From: an uncultured Trueperaceae bacterium
Lineage (GTDB): Bacteria > Deinococcota > Deinococci > Deinococcales > Trueperaceae
Assembly: GCA_963799485.1 (NCBI GenBank)
Contig: CAWCXJ010000013.1
Coordinates: forward strand, 352,001-416,000
DNA: 64,000 nucleotides
Reading direction: 5' to 3'
Part shown: piece by piece, positions 20,302-30,476 of the stretch
Layout: each line of letters starts with the position of its first letter
How positions within the stretch are numbered: position 1 is the stretch's first letter
Notes under the pieces: model-generated
The model's database searches: none
The model's input: only the letters and a program-made list of their open reading frames with translations
What the model was told of the DNA's origin: nothing
Program-made: the position numbers and the translations under genes

Positions 20302-21642
20302 ATGAATCATAAAATCGTCGTTGTGGGCGGGGTTGCTGCCGGGATGAGCGCCGCCGCTAAAGCCGGGCGTACAAATCCCGAACTGGACATCACTGTTTTT
20401 GAAAAAAGTCATTACATCTCGTATGGTGCGTGTGGTCTCCCCTACGCCATTTCGGGTGTTGTCGAGAACTTAGACGACCTCATCGCCCGGACGCCTGCCG
20501 AGATGGCGAAGCGGGGCGTCGCGGTCGAGGTGCGGCACGAAGTCACGGAAATCGACCCGGACGCGAAAACGGTGACGGTCGAAAAGCTGGAGACCGGTAA
20601 GACTTTTTCCAAACCTTACGACAAGCTCGTCCTGGCAACCGGCGCGGTGCCCGTGCGCCCCGACCTGCCCGGCCTCGAGCTGAAGGGCGTTCACGTTTTA
20701 CGGCTCGTCGAGGACGCGGCGGCGATTCGAGAAACCATCCAGGACGGTGCCAAAGAAGCGGTCATTATCGGCGGGAGTTATATCGGCCTCGAGCTGGCCG
20801 AAGCGCTCGTTACGGCAGGTTTGCGGGTGCGGATACTCGAGCAGCAAGACGTACTTTTAGGCAACTTCGGGCCGTTGCCGTCGAAACTGGCGCTTGAAGA
20901 GGTACAAAAAAACGGCGTTACGGTGCAGCTGGGCGCGAAAGTGACGGGGCTCGAGGGGGACGCGCAGGTGCGGGAGGTCGTCACCGATTCGGCGCGCTTT
21001 CCCGCCGATCTGGTCGTCGTTGCGGTCGGGGCGCGGCCCAACAATGCGTTGGCTAAGGGGTTGGGACTAAAGCTCGGCCCCGCAGACGCTGTTTTGACCG
21101 ACGACCGCCTCCGCACCAGTCGCCCCGACATCTACGCCGCCGGTGACGTGACCGCCGTGCAGCACCTCGTCACGGGTCAACCCACGTGGCTCCCTTTAGG
21201 CGACACCGCCAACAAACAGGGCCGCGTACTAGGCAACCTTTTGGCAGGCCGCGAAGGACGTTTTCGGGGCGTCGTCGGCACGGCGATTACCAAAGTTTTC
21301 GACCGTGCGTTTGCCACTACCGGCCTCACCCTAAAGGCTGCCAAAGAAGCCGGCTTCGACGCCCTCATGAACGACGTCGAGACGACCGATCACGCCGGTT
21401 ACTACCCGGACAAACGGGCCCTCAACGTAACGCTCGTTTGGGAAAGCGGCTCAGGGCGGCTTTTAGGCGGTCAAGTCGTCGGTTACGGCGACGCTGCCAA
21501 ACGCACCGATGTGCTCGCGGCGCTCCTCCATCACAAGGCGACGCTGCAAGACCTCGCCGACCTGGACCTCGCTTACGCGCCGCCCTTTAGCAGCGTCTGG
21601 GATCCTCTGTTGGTCGCCGCCAACGTCGCCCTCGGTCGGTAA
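20302..21642 (+). CDS. CoA-disulfide reductase / NADH oxidase family flavoprotein
   Basis: GGVAAG, SYGACGLPY redox Cys, ATGA, GGSYIG and LAYAPPFS. Confidence 0.9.
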   Translation: MNHKIVVVGGVAAGMSAAAKAGRTNPELDITVFEKSHYISYGACGLPYAISGVVENLDDLIARTPAEMAKRGVAVEVRHEVTEIDPDAKTVTVEKLETGKTFSKPYDKLVLATGAVPVRPDLPGLELKGVHVLRLVEDAAAIRETIQDGAKEAVIIGGSYIGLELAEALVTAGLRVRILEQQDVLLGNFGPLPSKLALEEVQKNGVTVQLGAKVTGLEGDAQVREVVTDSARFPADLVVVAVGARPNNALAKGLGLKLGPADAVLTDDRLRTSRPDIYAAGDVTAVQHLVTGQPTWLPLGDTANKQGRVLGNLLAGREGRFRGVVGTAITKVFDRAFATTGLTLKAAKEAGFDALMNDVETTDHAGYYPDKRALNVTLVWESGSGRLLGGQVVGYGDAAKRTDVLAALLHHKATLQDLADLDLAYAPPFSSVWDPLLVAANVALGR

Positions 21643-21687
21643 TCTCGGTGAGTCGACCTAAACGGTCAAGTGCGGTAGGGTGAAGGG

Positions 21688-22248
21688 GTGAACAGGCAAC
21701 TTAAACGCGCCAACGAAAAGTCCGATAAACGCCGCGAACGTGAGCAGGAGCGGCGTAAAGAACAGCGCCGCGAAACCCGGGTACGCGCCGTGCAAGCCAA
21801 ACGCGCCGCACCGAAAAAAGCCGGAAACAGCGCGCCGCCCGGTAAAAACACACGTCCGGCACCCGGTATGGGCAACGCCCGCTTCGTCCTCGGGTATCTG
21901 ATCTTTACGGTTGTAGTGATCGTCTCCCAGGCGTTTATACCCCAGACGACCGACACCCTCTCGCTCGTTTCTCGAGCCTTTATCTACTTTGCGCTGGGTT
22001 ACGCGCTCGTCGTCTGGCTTTACCGCCGCGGCACCGAGCAGGCGCTCACCATCACCCTTATCGGCGGGATTGGGCTGGCTCTGGGGGTCGAGGGACTTAA
22101 GCTTATCTTGCCCCAGCTGGGTTTTCCGCAGGTGGCGGCAACCGCCGGCACGTCGGCTGCGCCCAACCTGCTGTTTGTCGCGCTGGCGGTACCGGGGTTA
22201 CTACTCGGCACCTTTCTAGGGCGCTACATCTTTCGCCGCACGCTCTAG
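21688..22248 (+). CDS. Hypothetical membrane protein with basic N-terminus
   Basis: K/R-rich N-terminus followed by about 4 TM helices; GTG start with a -10 box. Confidence 0.7.
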   Translation: MNRQLKRANEKSDKRREREQERRKEQRRETRVRAVQAKRAAPKKAGNSAPPGKNTRPAPGMGNARFVLGYLIFTVVVIVSQAFIPQTTDTLSLVSRAFIYFALGYALVVWLYRRGTEQALTITLIGGIGLALGVEGLKLILPQLGFPQVAATAGTSAAPNLLFVALAVPGLLLGTFLGRYIFRRTL

Positions 22249-22318
22249 ACAGCTTAAATACCGCGCCACTTCACCTCATCCTCTTTTTCTTGAAGTCGCA
22301 ACTGATCTACCTTAAGGT

Positions 22319-22960
22319 ATGAATACGCCCAGGCTTGTGACCGACACTGCCGCCGCAGACTTTTTGACCTCCCCCAACACGCGCTATTTGCTCGGCCCGT
22401 TTTTACAGGGTGAGGTTACAGTGAGCGAGGCAGCAACGATGCTGGGTGGCATAAAGCTGAGCACATTTTACCGGCGCGTCAAACAGATGTTGGCTTTGGA
22501 ACTGATTGAGGTGGTGCGAACGGAAAGTCGGAGCGGACACCGGGTTAAACTCTACCGCACGGTGCAACCGGAATTTATCGTCCCGCTAGAAGCTACCTCG
22601 AGCGTCAATCTGGGGTCTTACCTAGACGCGCTACTCCAGGGTTCTATAAGCACCGTAAGCCGGGGTATGACAAAAGAGATGCAGACACAGACACCGTATT
22701 GGGGTTTTAGAATATACCCCGCGAGCCGGGGCAGCGCTTGGCAAAAGATTGTTCCACTAGACGCACGTAGTGAGCTACGCCAGCTCGAAAGCGCTAGCGA
22801 ACGCAGCATGTATGGGGACTGCGGTGTGCGTCTCGACCACAACGACGCGCAAGCGTTCAAGCGCGAGCTAAAAGCACTTTATGACAAATATTTATCCCTC
22901 GCAAAAAACGAAGGAGAAGGCGAATGGTATTTCTTGGCATTAGGGTTTACCCCGACGTAG
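22319..22960 (+). CDS. Winged-helix (ArsR-like) DNA-binding protein
   Basis: TVSEAATML...YRRVKQMLALELIEVV...KLYRT HTH-wing pattern. Confidence 0.7.
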   Translation: MNTPRLVTDTAAADFLTSPNTRYLLGPFLQGEVTVSEAATMLGGIKLSTFYRRVKQMLALELIEVVRTESRSGHRVKLYRTVQPEFIVPLEATSSVNLGSYLDALLQGSISTVSRGMTKEMQTQTPYWGFRIYPASRGSAWQKIVPLDARSELRQLESASERSMYGDCGVRLDHNDAQAFKRELKALYDKYLSLAKNEGEGEWYFLALGFTPT

Positions 22961-23121
22961 CTCTGTACGTTTAGACATGCCATCCAAACAGGGTTTTGTC
23001 GTCGCTGCTTTAAGAGCTGTATCCCGCGCCACTGTTTACTCACATACTTTGGCAGATAGTCGAATACATCGCAGTGCAAGCCGGGGGGCAGCGCGAACCT
23101 CACCTCAAGGGAGTGTTTTAG

Positions 23122-23961
23122 ATGCCTTTTCTCAAGATCGAAGGACAAGAAACCGTCAGCCTCTACTTTGAAGACTACGGTCAGGGAAAACCGGTCGTGC
23201 TGATTCACGGCTGGCCGCTGAGCCACCGGATGTGGGAGTATCAGGTACCTGCGCTCGTCGGAGCGGGCTACCGCGTGATTTCTTACGACCGGCGCGGCTT
23301 CGGCGATTCGGATAAACCGTGGGACGGTTACGACTACGATACGATGACGGCGGATTTGCAGGCGCTGATGGGCGCGCTCGAGCTTTCCGACGCCACACTC
23401 GTCGGTTTTTCGATGGGCGGCGGCGAAGTCGCGCGCTATTTCGGGCAGTTCGGCAGCGAACGCGTTGCCAAAGCGGTGTTTGTCAGCGCCGTAACACCGT
23501 ATATGCTTAAAACCGACGACAACCCTACGGGAATCGACCAGAGCGTGTTTGATGAGTTCAAGCAAAACGTCAAAACAGACCGGGTGACGTTTTTAGAGGG
23601 TTTTAACAAGCTGTTCGTCAACCACGGTAAAGGGGTCGAACCAAACGGTACGCCCGTAAGCGACGCGGCGCTCGCTTATACCCAAACGATTGCCGCGTTC
23701 GCCTCACCCAAGGCCACTTTGGACTGCATCACCGCGTTCGGCGAAACCGACTTTCGTCAGGACATGACCAAAGTGGACGTTCCGACGTTGTTCGTCCACG
23801 GCGACGCCGACCAGATTGTGCCGCTCGAGGTCAGCGCACAAGAGGCGCATAAACTCGTCGCCGGGAGCCGTTTGGAAATTCTAGAAGGTGCGCCCCACGG
23901 CCTGATGTTTACGCACACCGACAAACTTAATTCGCTGTTGCTCGCGTTTCTGCAAGACTGA
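23122..23961 (+). CDS. Alpha/beta hydrolase, non-heme chloroperoxidase (perhydrolase) family
   Basis: IHGWPL, YDRRGFG, GFSMGGG, HGDADQIVP and GAPHG. Confidence 0.92.
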   Translation: MPFLKIEGQETVSLYFEDYGQGKPVVLIHGWPLSHRMWEYQVPALVGAGYRVISYDRRGFGDSDKPWDGYDYDTMTADLQALMGALELSDATLVGFSMGGGEVARYFGQFGSERVAKAVFVSAVTPYMLKTDDNPTGIDQSVFDEFKQNVKTDRVTFLEGFNKLFVNHGKGVEPNGTPVSDAALAYTQTIAAFASPKATLDCITAFGETDFRQDMTKVDVPTLFVHGDADQIVPLEVSAQEAHKLVAGSRLEILEGAPHGLMFTHTDKLNSLLLAFLQD

Positions 23962-23981
23962 ACCTGCATGAAACAACCCTT

Positions 23982-24010
23982 AAACGCTCGGCTAAACCCC
24001 GGGCGTTTTA
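23982..24010. terminator. Probable bidirectional intrinsic terminator
   Basis: AAACGCTCGG-loop-CCGGGCGTTT between convergent genes. Confidence 0.55.
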
Positions 24011-24018
24011 AGTTCGGG

Positions 24019-24768
24019 TTAGCCCCTTGCCCGCAATAAACGGTCTACCCGCGCCAGCTGTGCTTGGTCGTTGACACCCAGAATTTCGGTTTCATCTTTA
24101 CCCAAAACTGTTTGCACCGGATAGTGAGCGTTTAGGTAGAGGCCAACAAGGTCGGTAATATAGTACTCACCTGCCGCGTTGTCGTCTCTAAGTTCAGCCG
24201 CCAACGCAAACACATGGCGGTCAAAAACGTATAGGGCGGGATTGATTTCATGGATCGATTTTTCTGCCGGCGTCAAATCCTTCTCTTCAACGATGCGCGC
24301 AACGCTGCCGTCTTCACTGCGAACGATACGCCCCATGCCGTAAGGGTTTCTCATCGTGCAGGTCAAAAGCGTCATGCCGGCCTTTTGAGCAGCCTGAACT
24401 TGGACGAGCGCCCGGAGCGTTTCGGTATGAACCAGGGGAACGTCCCCGCTCAAAACCATGATGTTGCCCTCGAAACCGGCAAAGGCAGCTTCAGCCTGCC
24501 TAAGTGCCGCGCCGGTGCCGTAACCGAGGGAGAAGTCTTGCCGCACAAACTCTACCGGGCGGTCTTTAACCGAGTAATCCTCAAAACGTGCTTCGACCGC
24601 TTCGGCAGCGTGTCCGACGACGACGACGGTGCGTTCGGGCTCGAGCGGTGCAAGCGCGTTTAGAACATGCGCCAAGAGCGGTTGGCCCGCCGCTTCGTGC
24701 AGCGCTTTAGGCAGCGGGGACTGCATCCGCGTCCCCTGCCCCGCCGCCAGGATTACCGCCCCCAGCAC
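24019..24768 (-). CDS. Stand-alone GlmU-type sugar-1-phosphate uridyltransferase domain
   Basis: LAAGQGTRM, PK, GTG, GDVPL, GRIVR, VEEKD, EYYITD and GVND; the ORF stops before the acetyltransferase beta-helix. Confidence 0.85.
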   Translation of the reverse strand: MLGAVILAAGQGTRMQSPLPKALHEAAGQPLLAHVLNALAPLEPERTVVVVGHAAEAVEARFEDYSVKDRPVEFVRQDFSLGYGTGAALRQAEAAFAGFEGNIMVLSGDVPLVHTETLRALVQVQAAQKAGMTLLTCTMRNPYGMGRIVRSEDGSVARIVEEKDLTPAEKSIHEINPALYVFDRHVFALAAELRDDNAAGEYYITDLVGLYLNAHYPVQTVLGKDETEILGVNDQAQLARVDRLLRARG

Positions 24769-25688
24769 TAGCGCCCCCGCGCCTTCCGGGTCAGCGAGTT
24801 ACGCTTTACGGGTTGATCGGGGTTTAGCGTCAGCAGAAAGTAAAGCGCGATTAGCACCAGCGGGATACTGACAAGCTGCGTCAGGGTAAAAAGCCCGATT
24901 CCGGGCGCGTTGATCCCTTCACGCAAATACACCTCCCAGAAGAGCGGGTTATTGCGAAACGTCTCTTCGAATACCGAACGCAAAACCGAATACCACAAAA
25001 CAAACTGCCACCAGACAAACCCCGGGGCGCGGCTCCGCCGAAACGCCCACAACAAGATAAAAATCAGTGCAATCCCGATGAGTACGCCGTAGCCCTGGGT
25101 CAGGTGAACCGGGCCGTAAGCGACCTGACCGTTGACAACGACCTCCGGCGAGTTCGCCCAGAGGTCGTCCCCGAAGATAAACCGTCCAACCGCGCCAAAC
25201 GTCTGTGTCCCCGGCTCCGGCCAGGTAAACCCGACGGGCCACCCCGTCACGCGCCCGGTCGTATCCGTACCGTTCATAAAGTTGCCCATCCGACCGCCGA
25301 TGACCCCGAGCGCCCCGACCGGCGTCAACACGTCCAGGTACGCCCACATGTTGAGCCCGTGAAGCCGCGAGTAAAGCCAGACCGCCACGAAAATACCCAA
25401 CACGCCGCCGTGGATGCTGCCGCCGCCCTGCCAGATGGCCACTGCGCTCCACGGGTTCCCACCGGGGCCGAAGTACGCTGCCGGGCTCGTCAGGACGTAG
25501 ACGAGGCGTGCCCCGATAAGTCCGGCAAGCACCAGCCAGAGCGTCATATCGAGCAGCTTGTCGGGGTCTAAACCGCGTTTTTTGGCTTCATAAAGCGTCC
25601 AGTTCGAACCGATCAGCACGCCGAGTGCGATTAAAAAGCCGTACCAGCGCAGCGCCAGCGGCCCGAGTTGCAACATGATAGGGTCCAT
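24768..25688 (-). CDS. lgt: Prolipoprotein diacylglyceryl transferase
   Basis: RWYG, GARLVYV, IWQGGGSIHGG and GRMGNFMNG. Confidence 0.95.
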   Translation of the reverse strand: MDPIMLQLGPLALRWYGFLIALGVLIGSNWTLYEAKKRGLDPDKLLDMTLWLVLAGLIGARLVYVLTSPAAYFGPGGNPWSAVAIWQGGGSIHGGVLGIFVAVWLYSRLHGLNMWAYLDVLTPVGALGVIGGRMGNFMNGTDTTGRVTGWPVGFTWPEPGTQTFGAVGRFIFGDDLWANSPEVVVNGQVAYGPVHLTQGYGVLIGIALIFILLWAFRRSRAPGFVWWQFVLWYSVLRSVFEETFRNNPLFWEVYLREGINAPGIGLFTLTQLVSIPLVLIALYFLLTLNPDQPVKRNSLTRKARGR

Positions 25689-25763
25689 ACCTAACCTCTT
25701 TCAGACGGCGCACCGTTTTATATGGGTCAGCGCCAAAACAAACGATGCCCTCTAGTATAAACG

Positions 25764-26261
25764 CTAAAAAAACTTTGGGTACACCACAAACGCGATGCCG
25801 ACCAAAATCACGACCTTGGCGACGATACCTCCGAGCGTCCCGACGAACGCGCCGATCCCGGCCCGAAACGCCTCGGCGACGGGCCGCCCGACAAAGAGTT
25901 CGGCGACGACCGCGCCCACGAGCGCGCCCACGATAAACCCCAAGGGAGGGAAGAAAATCCCGACGATAGAGCCGATGATGCTGCCCCAGAGACCCGCGCG
26001 GCTCGAGCCGAACTGCCTGGCCCCGGCAGCCGCAGCCAGGTAATCGAGCAACCATGCGAGCGCGGCAAGCCCGGCGACAGTGAGCACCGTCGTCAGGGTC
26101 AGGGCGCTAAAGCCCGTGATCCACGCAGCCAACAGCGCGCCGACAGCGACGACCGGTACCCCCGGCAGCGCGGGTAGTACGACGCTCAAAACACCTACCA
26201 GATAAAACAGGGTAAAAACTACCCCGGCTAGAATCAGCATGGTCGTAGAGGCGTCGGTCAT
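25764..26261 (-). CDS. DUF456-type membrane protein
   Basis: VLPALPG, LDYLA...FGSSRAGLWGSIIG, GAVVAEL; start at TATGAT-6-ATG. Confidence 0.8.
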   Translation of the reverse strand: MTDASTTMLILAGVVFTLFYLVGVLSVVLPALPGVPVVAVGALLAAWITGFSALTLTTVLTVAGLAALAWLLDYLAAAAGARQFGSSRAGLWGSIIGSIVGIFFPPLGFIVGALVGAVVAELFVGRPVAEAFRAGIGAFVGTLGGIVAKVVILVGIAFVVYPKFF

Positions 26262-26416
26262 GGGGGTATCATACGGGTACCTCACGTCTGAAAAGCTTTG
26301 CCGAAGGGTACGCTTGCAAGCAAAGGGTACGCCCACAAGCTAGGCGTAACCGGCTCGAGCGTCGGCGAAGCCCGTAAAAAACCCGGAGAAGCCCTCACCG
26401 GGTGTTAACATCGGTT

Positions 26417-27931
26417 GTGCGGCTCCGCGACTTCATCATTTTAAGCCTGCTGTTCATGCTGTCGGCTTGTGCAGTGCCCGAAACACCGGGGCCGAACGTC
26501 GTTTTGATCATGACCGACGACCAACCCGCCGAGCTTACCGCTGTGATGCCCAACGTTCAGCGCCTCCTGGCAGGCGAAGGCGTTACCTTTAGCAGCGCTT
26601 TTGTTACCACCAGCCTCTGCTGCCCGGCCCGCACGACCGTGCTGCGCGGGCAGTATGCTCACAATCACACCGTTTTATCCAACGGCGGCCCGCGAGGCGG
26701 ATTTCCGAGGTTCTACGAGACAGGCTTCGAGGCTTCGACCTTGGCAACCTGGTTGCAAGGTGCGGGCTACCACACCGCCCTGATGGGCAAATATCTCAAC
26801 GCTTATCCCTTTGGGCCGCCGGCGGATAATCCAGCCGCTTACCGGGCACCGTGGCGCGGCTACATCCCACCCGGTTGGAACACGTGGTTCGGGTTTTTCG
26901 ATGTGCCCCGAGACCCCGACAATACCCCCTACGCGATGTACGACTACCGGGTCAACTACAACGGTCGCTCAGCCCGGTACGGGAGCCGCGCCGACGACTA
27001 CCAGACCGATGTGCTCGCCAAAGAGGCTACCAATTTCATTTTGCGGGAACGGCGCAGCGACGCGCCTTTTTTTCTCTTTTTGGCTCCTACTGCGCCGCAC
27101 CTGCCCACTGTGGTTGCCGAGCGGTACAAGGATAGGTTCATCGGGCTAAAGGCCCCGCGTTCACCTGCCTTTAACGAGCGGGACGTCTCGGATAAACCAC
27201 GCTGGGTACGGCGGATGCCGCCGCTGACAAGCGCCGAAATCGCCGAGGTCGACGATATTTACCGTAAACAAGCCGAGATGCTGTTAGCCGTCGACGAGCT
27301 GGTTGGTACGCTGATCGAAACGCTTAAGAAGACGGGCGAGTTGCAAAACACCTACATCGTGTTTACTTCCGACCAGGGGTTTCACGCGGGTGAACACCGC
27401 CTGACGAAGATGAAACTGTCACCCTACGCGGCCTCGAGCCAAATCCCGCTGATCATCCGGGGGCCGGGAATCCCCCGTCAAACCCGCGACCAGCTCGTTC
27501 TCAACACCGACCTCGCGCCGACGATTGCCGAGCTTGCAGGGGCGCAGGTTCCGGCGTTCGTCGATGGACGTTCACTAAGGCCGCTGTGGGAGAACCCACA
27601 AACCCCCTGGCGGCAAACCGTGCTGCTCGAGTTCTGGCCCCGGCGCGGTGCGGAGGCCTACGGTTTGGAGCACCTCAACCCTTCTGCCGAAGTCCCCGAG
27701 TACCGCGCGGTGCGGAGTAAGCGGTATCTTTTTGTCGAGTACAGCTATCAAGACGGCACTCAGGAAGGCGAACTTTACGACCTGAAAAACGACCCTTTTG
27801 AACTCGAGAACCTCTATAGCCGCACCGATCCGGGGTTGCTCGCGGCGTTTTCCGCCCACGCCAAAAGGTTGCAGGCGTGTGCAGCACGGACGTGCCGGGA
27901 AGCCGAGGACGCTTTACCGGAAGGTCTATAA
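26417..27931 (+). CDS. Sulfatase (GlcNAc-6-sulfatase-like) lipoprotein
   Basis: LSAC lipobox, PNVVLIMTDDQ, CCPAR (CxPxR), GKYLN, APH, SDQG and ELYDL. Confidence 0.9.
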   Translation: MRLRDFIILSLLFMLSACAVPETPGPNVVLIMTDDQPAELTAVMPNVQRLLAGEGVTFSSAFVTTSLCCPARTTVLRGQYAHNHTVLSNGGPRGGFPRFYETGFEASTLATWLQGAGYHTALMGKYLNAYPFGPPADNPAAYRAPWRGYIPPGWNTWFGFFDVPRDPDNTPYAMYDYRVNYNGRSARYGSRADDYQTDVLAKEATNFILRERRSDAPFFLFLAPTAPHLPTVVAERYKDRFIGLKAPRSPAFNERDVSDKPRWVRRMPPLTSAEIAEVDDIYRKQAEMLLAVDELVGTLIETLKKTGELQNTYIVFTSDQGFHAGEHRLTKMKLSPYAASSQIPLIIRGPGIPRQTRDQLVLNTDLAPTIAELAGAQVPAFVDGRSLRPLWENPQTPWRQTVLLEFWPRRGAEAYGLEHLNPSAEVPEYRAVRSKRYLFVEYSYQDGTQEGELYDLKNDPFELENLYSRTDPGLLAAFSAHAKRLQACAARTCREAEDALPEGL

Positions 27932-27955
27932 GGCGCGGCGCGCAGAGTCAACTCC

Positions 27956-30139
27956 TTACTTTTTGACAACCGCCTCATCGGTTATAAACGTGTCGAAAGC
28001 CGCACGTGAAACGACTTTGAAGGTGTCGTCGAGAACGACGATATTAAGACCGCGCTGGGGCTCGAGTAACTTTTCATCGTCCAAGAAGACGTTGGCTGCG
28101 CTCGCAGTCGGCGTCTCGACCGCATAGACCTTGAGACTTTTCGGGACACGAAACGCTGCGGTTCCCGTCCCTAGTACGTCTCCCGCCGACCACGTTTCTT
28201 GCACGGTTTTGTCCTGCGCCCAAGCTTCAAACGACACGTAGCCCTGGTGAATGACGGCGACGTAGGGGCCGTTGCGGGGTACGGGCGGGATACTTTCACC
28301 CCTGAAGAGTAAGCGGCTGGCGCGGCCTGACATATCGCCGATACCTTTTTTTGCTACGACCACCACAACGTTGTCCCGGTAGGTCTCGAGGTAATCGGCG
28401 AGCTCGACGCGTTTATACCCCGGCGGAACGTAGCGCGTAACGTCTATTTCCGGCCCCAGCCCGCTTACAACTTCGACTTTGTCGCTGTAGCAGGCGACGT
28501 AGGCGTCAAGTTCGTAGCAGCGTAGACCGGGAGCGAGTTCGGGTGCGTAGCGCTCGGCAAAGGCGACGGCGCTGAAAACGTACAATCTGCCGAGGTTTCT
28601 GGGGCCCAACACGATCTCCTGTCTCAACCTCTTACCGGCTCTGTACAGCTCCGTGGGAAGCCTTGCTACGGCCCCGGTCGTAACACGTTTTCCCTGACTC
28701 GCAGCAAGATAGGCGAGCGCGATGTAGTCCTCACGGTTCGCGGTCGTGCGCTCAAAGGCAGGAATCACGGCCAGCGTCTCAAACGGCCCCAGCAGCTGCG
28801 CCCACCTGTCGTCCTCGAGGTTTCTGGTAAACGTCTCGCGCCCGTTCGGGAACGGTAGATTGATCTTCAAGTCGCCTACTTGCAAAAGCAGGCCTGCGCC
28901 CAGGACGAGCGCCGCAACGTTGCGGGGCAGCCGCCGCACGAGATAAACCAGAACAGCGAGGTAGATAAGGTAGTAGGTAGGCCAAAAAAAGCGTCCGGGA
29001 GCGCGAAAGGTGCCGGTCAACGTTTTGAAGTTGGCAAAAAAACCGAACTCGAACAGCTTGGCGTCGCCGAGGGTTACGAATTTGCCGAGCGCGTAGAGGG
29101 CGAAGCCGAAGGCAACAAAAGCGAGTGGCAGATGACCGGACGCGCGGAGGCGTTTGAAAACGCGCTGAGGTGCGGTGCGCGCCGAGCGGCGAAACAGCAA
29201 AACGAGAGAAACGAGGCCGAGAACGATCATCCCGAGTCCCAGATAGGCGAGGCCTTCGTACTGCCCGCCACCCGCAGGCAGCGTCGGCAGCAACCGCGAA
29301 TGGGTAAGCGGGTTGATGAGCGCATTGAGGTTCATCGAGAAGTAGTCAAAACCCCATTTCCCCAACTCCTGCCCGGTTCCCAAAAGGCCCGACAACCACC
29401 ACTCGAGCGCCAACACGCCGCCCAGCCCCGAGAGCAGGCCAAGGGCAAAGACGAGCTTCAGGTTGTTACGGAGCCACTCGCGTAGCAGCGACACAAACGC
29501 GATAGGAAAAACCATCGCCGCCAGGTAGGGGTGAATAAGGCCGACGATGGCGACGATGAGCAGCCACACCCCGGCATAAGGGCGAAGCCGAAACGGCTCC
29601 CTAGCCGTTCTAAAGTAGTGCCAGAGGGCGAACAAAATAATCCAGTGGCTGGAGAGCGCAACGTGTCCGGCACGGAAGATCATGATAGGACTCACGAGAA
29701 AAAAGAGTCCGGCTAAGAGCGCCAGCCGGCGGCTCCGGCTGAATGTTCGCATCAGCAGGTAGCCGAACACGGCTTGAAGTGCGTAACCGGCAAATAGCCA
29801 CAGACCCAGATACTGAAAGTTGGGGGGTAAGGCGGCGCTAAAGAGCTTAAACGGGAAAGCAAACAGCGGCAGGGCGTCGGCGCTGCCGATACTTGTTCCG
29901 AGCGGTGCTAAAAGGCCGTCGATCCGACCGGGCGGAACCCCCCAGGGCTCGCGCCGGAAAAAGTGCCACGCCAAAAAGTATCCCACCGAATCGCCCCGAA
30001 ACCAAGAGATGTTCAGCGGGTTCAGGACGTGAAGGCCAAAGCGGTAGAAGGCGAAAGCAGCGCCTAGCAGTGAGGTCAAAACGAGCGGCAGGTAGGTGCG
30101 GCGCGGCGCGGCAGGCTTAACAGGTGATTTCGGACGCAT
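27956..30139 (-). CDS. Polytopic membrane protein, GT-C-like (DUF6311/YfhO-like), with C-terminal extracellular domain
   Basis: Many TMs; ADALPL, FQYLGLW, HPYL, YEGLAYLGLG and FRAPGRFFWP; divergent from a GT2 gene. Confidence 0.7.
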   Translation of the reverse strand: MRPKSPVKPAAPRRTYLPLVLTSLLGAAFAFYRFGLHVLNPLNISWFRGDSVGYFLAWHFFRREPWGVPPGRIDGLLAPLGTSIGSADALPLFAFPFKLFSAALPPNFQYLGLWLFAGYALQAVFGYLLMRTFSRSRRLALLAGLFFLVSPIMIFRAGHVALSSHWIILFALWHYFRTAREPFRLRPYAGVWLLIVAIVGLIHPYLAAMVFPIAFVSLLREWLRNNLKLVFALGLLSGLGGVLALEWWLSGLLGTGQELGKWGFDYFSMNLNALINPLTHSRLLPTLPAGGGQYEGLAYLGLGMIVLGLVSLVLLFRRSARTAPQRVFKRLRASGHLPLAFVAFGFALYALGKFVTLGDAKLFEFGFFANFKTLTGTFRAPGRFFWPTYYLIYLAVLVYLVRRLPRNVAALVLGAGLLLQVGDLKINLPFPNGRETFTRNLEDDRWAQLLGPFETLAVIPAFERTTANREDYIALAYLAASQGKRVTTGAVARLPTELYRAGKRLRQEIVLGPRNLGRLYVFSAVAFAERYAPELAPGLRCYELDAYVACYSDKVEVVSGLGPEIDVTRYVPPGYKRVELADYLETYRDNVVVVVAKKGIGDMSGRASRLLFRGESIPPVPRNGPYVAVIHQGYVSFEAWAQDKTVQETWSAGDVLGTGTAAFRVPKSLKVYAVETPTASAANVFLDDEKLLEPQRGLNIVVLDDTFKVVSRAAFDTFITDEAVVKK

Positions 30140-30476
30140 TGACGTGACCTCTTAAATACGGGTTCTTAAGACGGCAAAAAAACTCTGCCATGCTTATCTT
30201 TACATAAGCATACGGCAGCGTAAACGCGACCGGCCCGATTTCGCGGTGCTACCCGCCGCGCTTTTAGGCAAGTTCTGAGGCTTGTTGACGCCGTTTTAGA
30301 AGGGGCGGCCAGCTCTGGAATTACCGTCCGGCCTTGTGGTGAGCCCGGTTCCGCTACGCTTGTTAAGAGCGGTTTGGCCAACTTGTTGATACAACCCGGT
30401 ATAGCGCGTCGGTATACTGCAATGTCTAGCCTGATGCTTACGCCCGTAGAGTAACACCTTGTGATAAATTGAACAC

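Noticed and set aside
23122..23961. Functional link between the non-heme chloroperoxidase and the vanadium haloperoxidase fusion
   Set aside because: Unrelated fold (serine perhydrolase), 16 kb away and in a different transcription unit.
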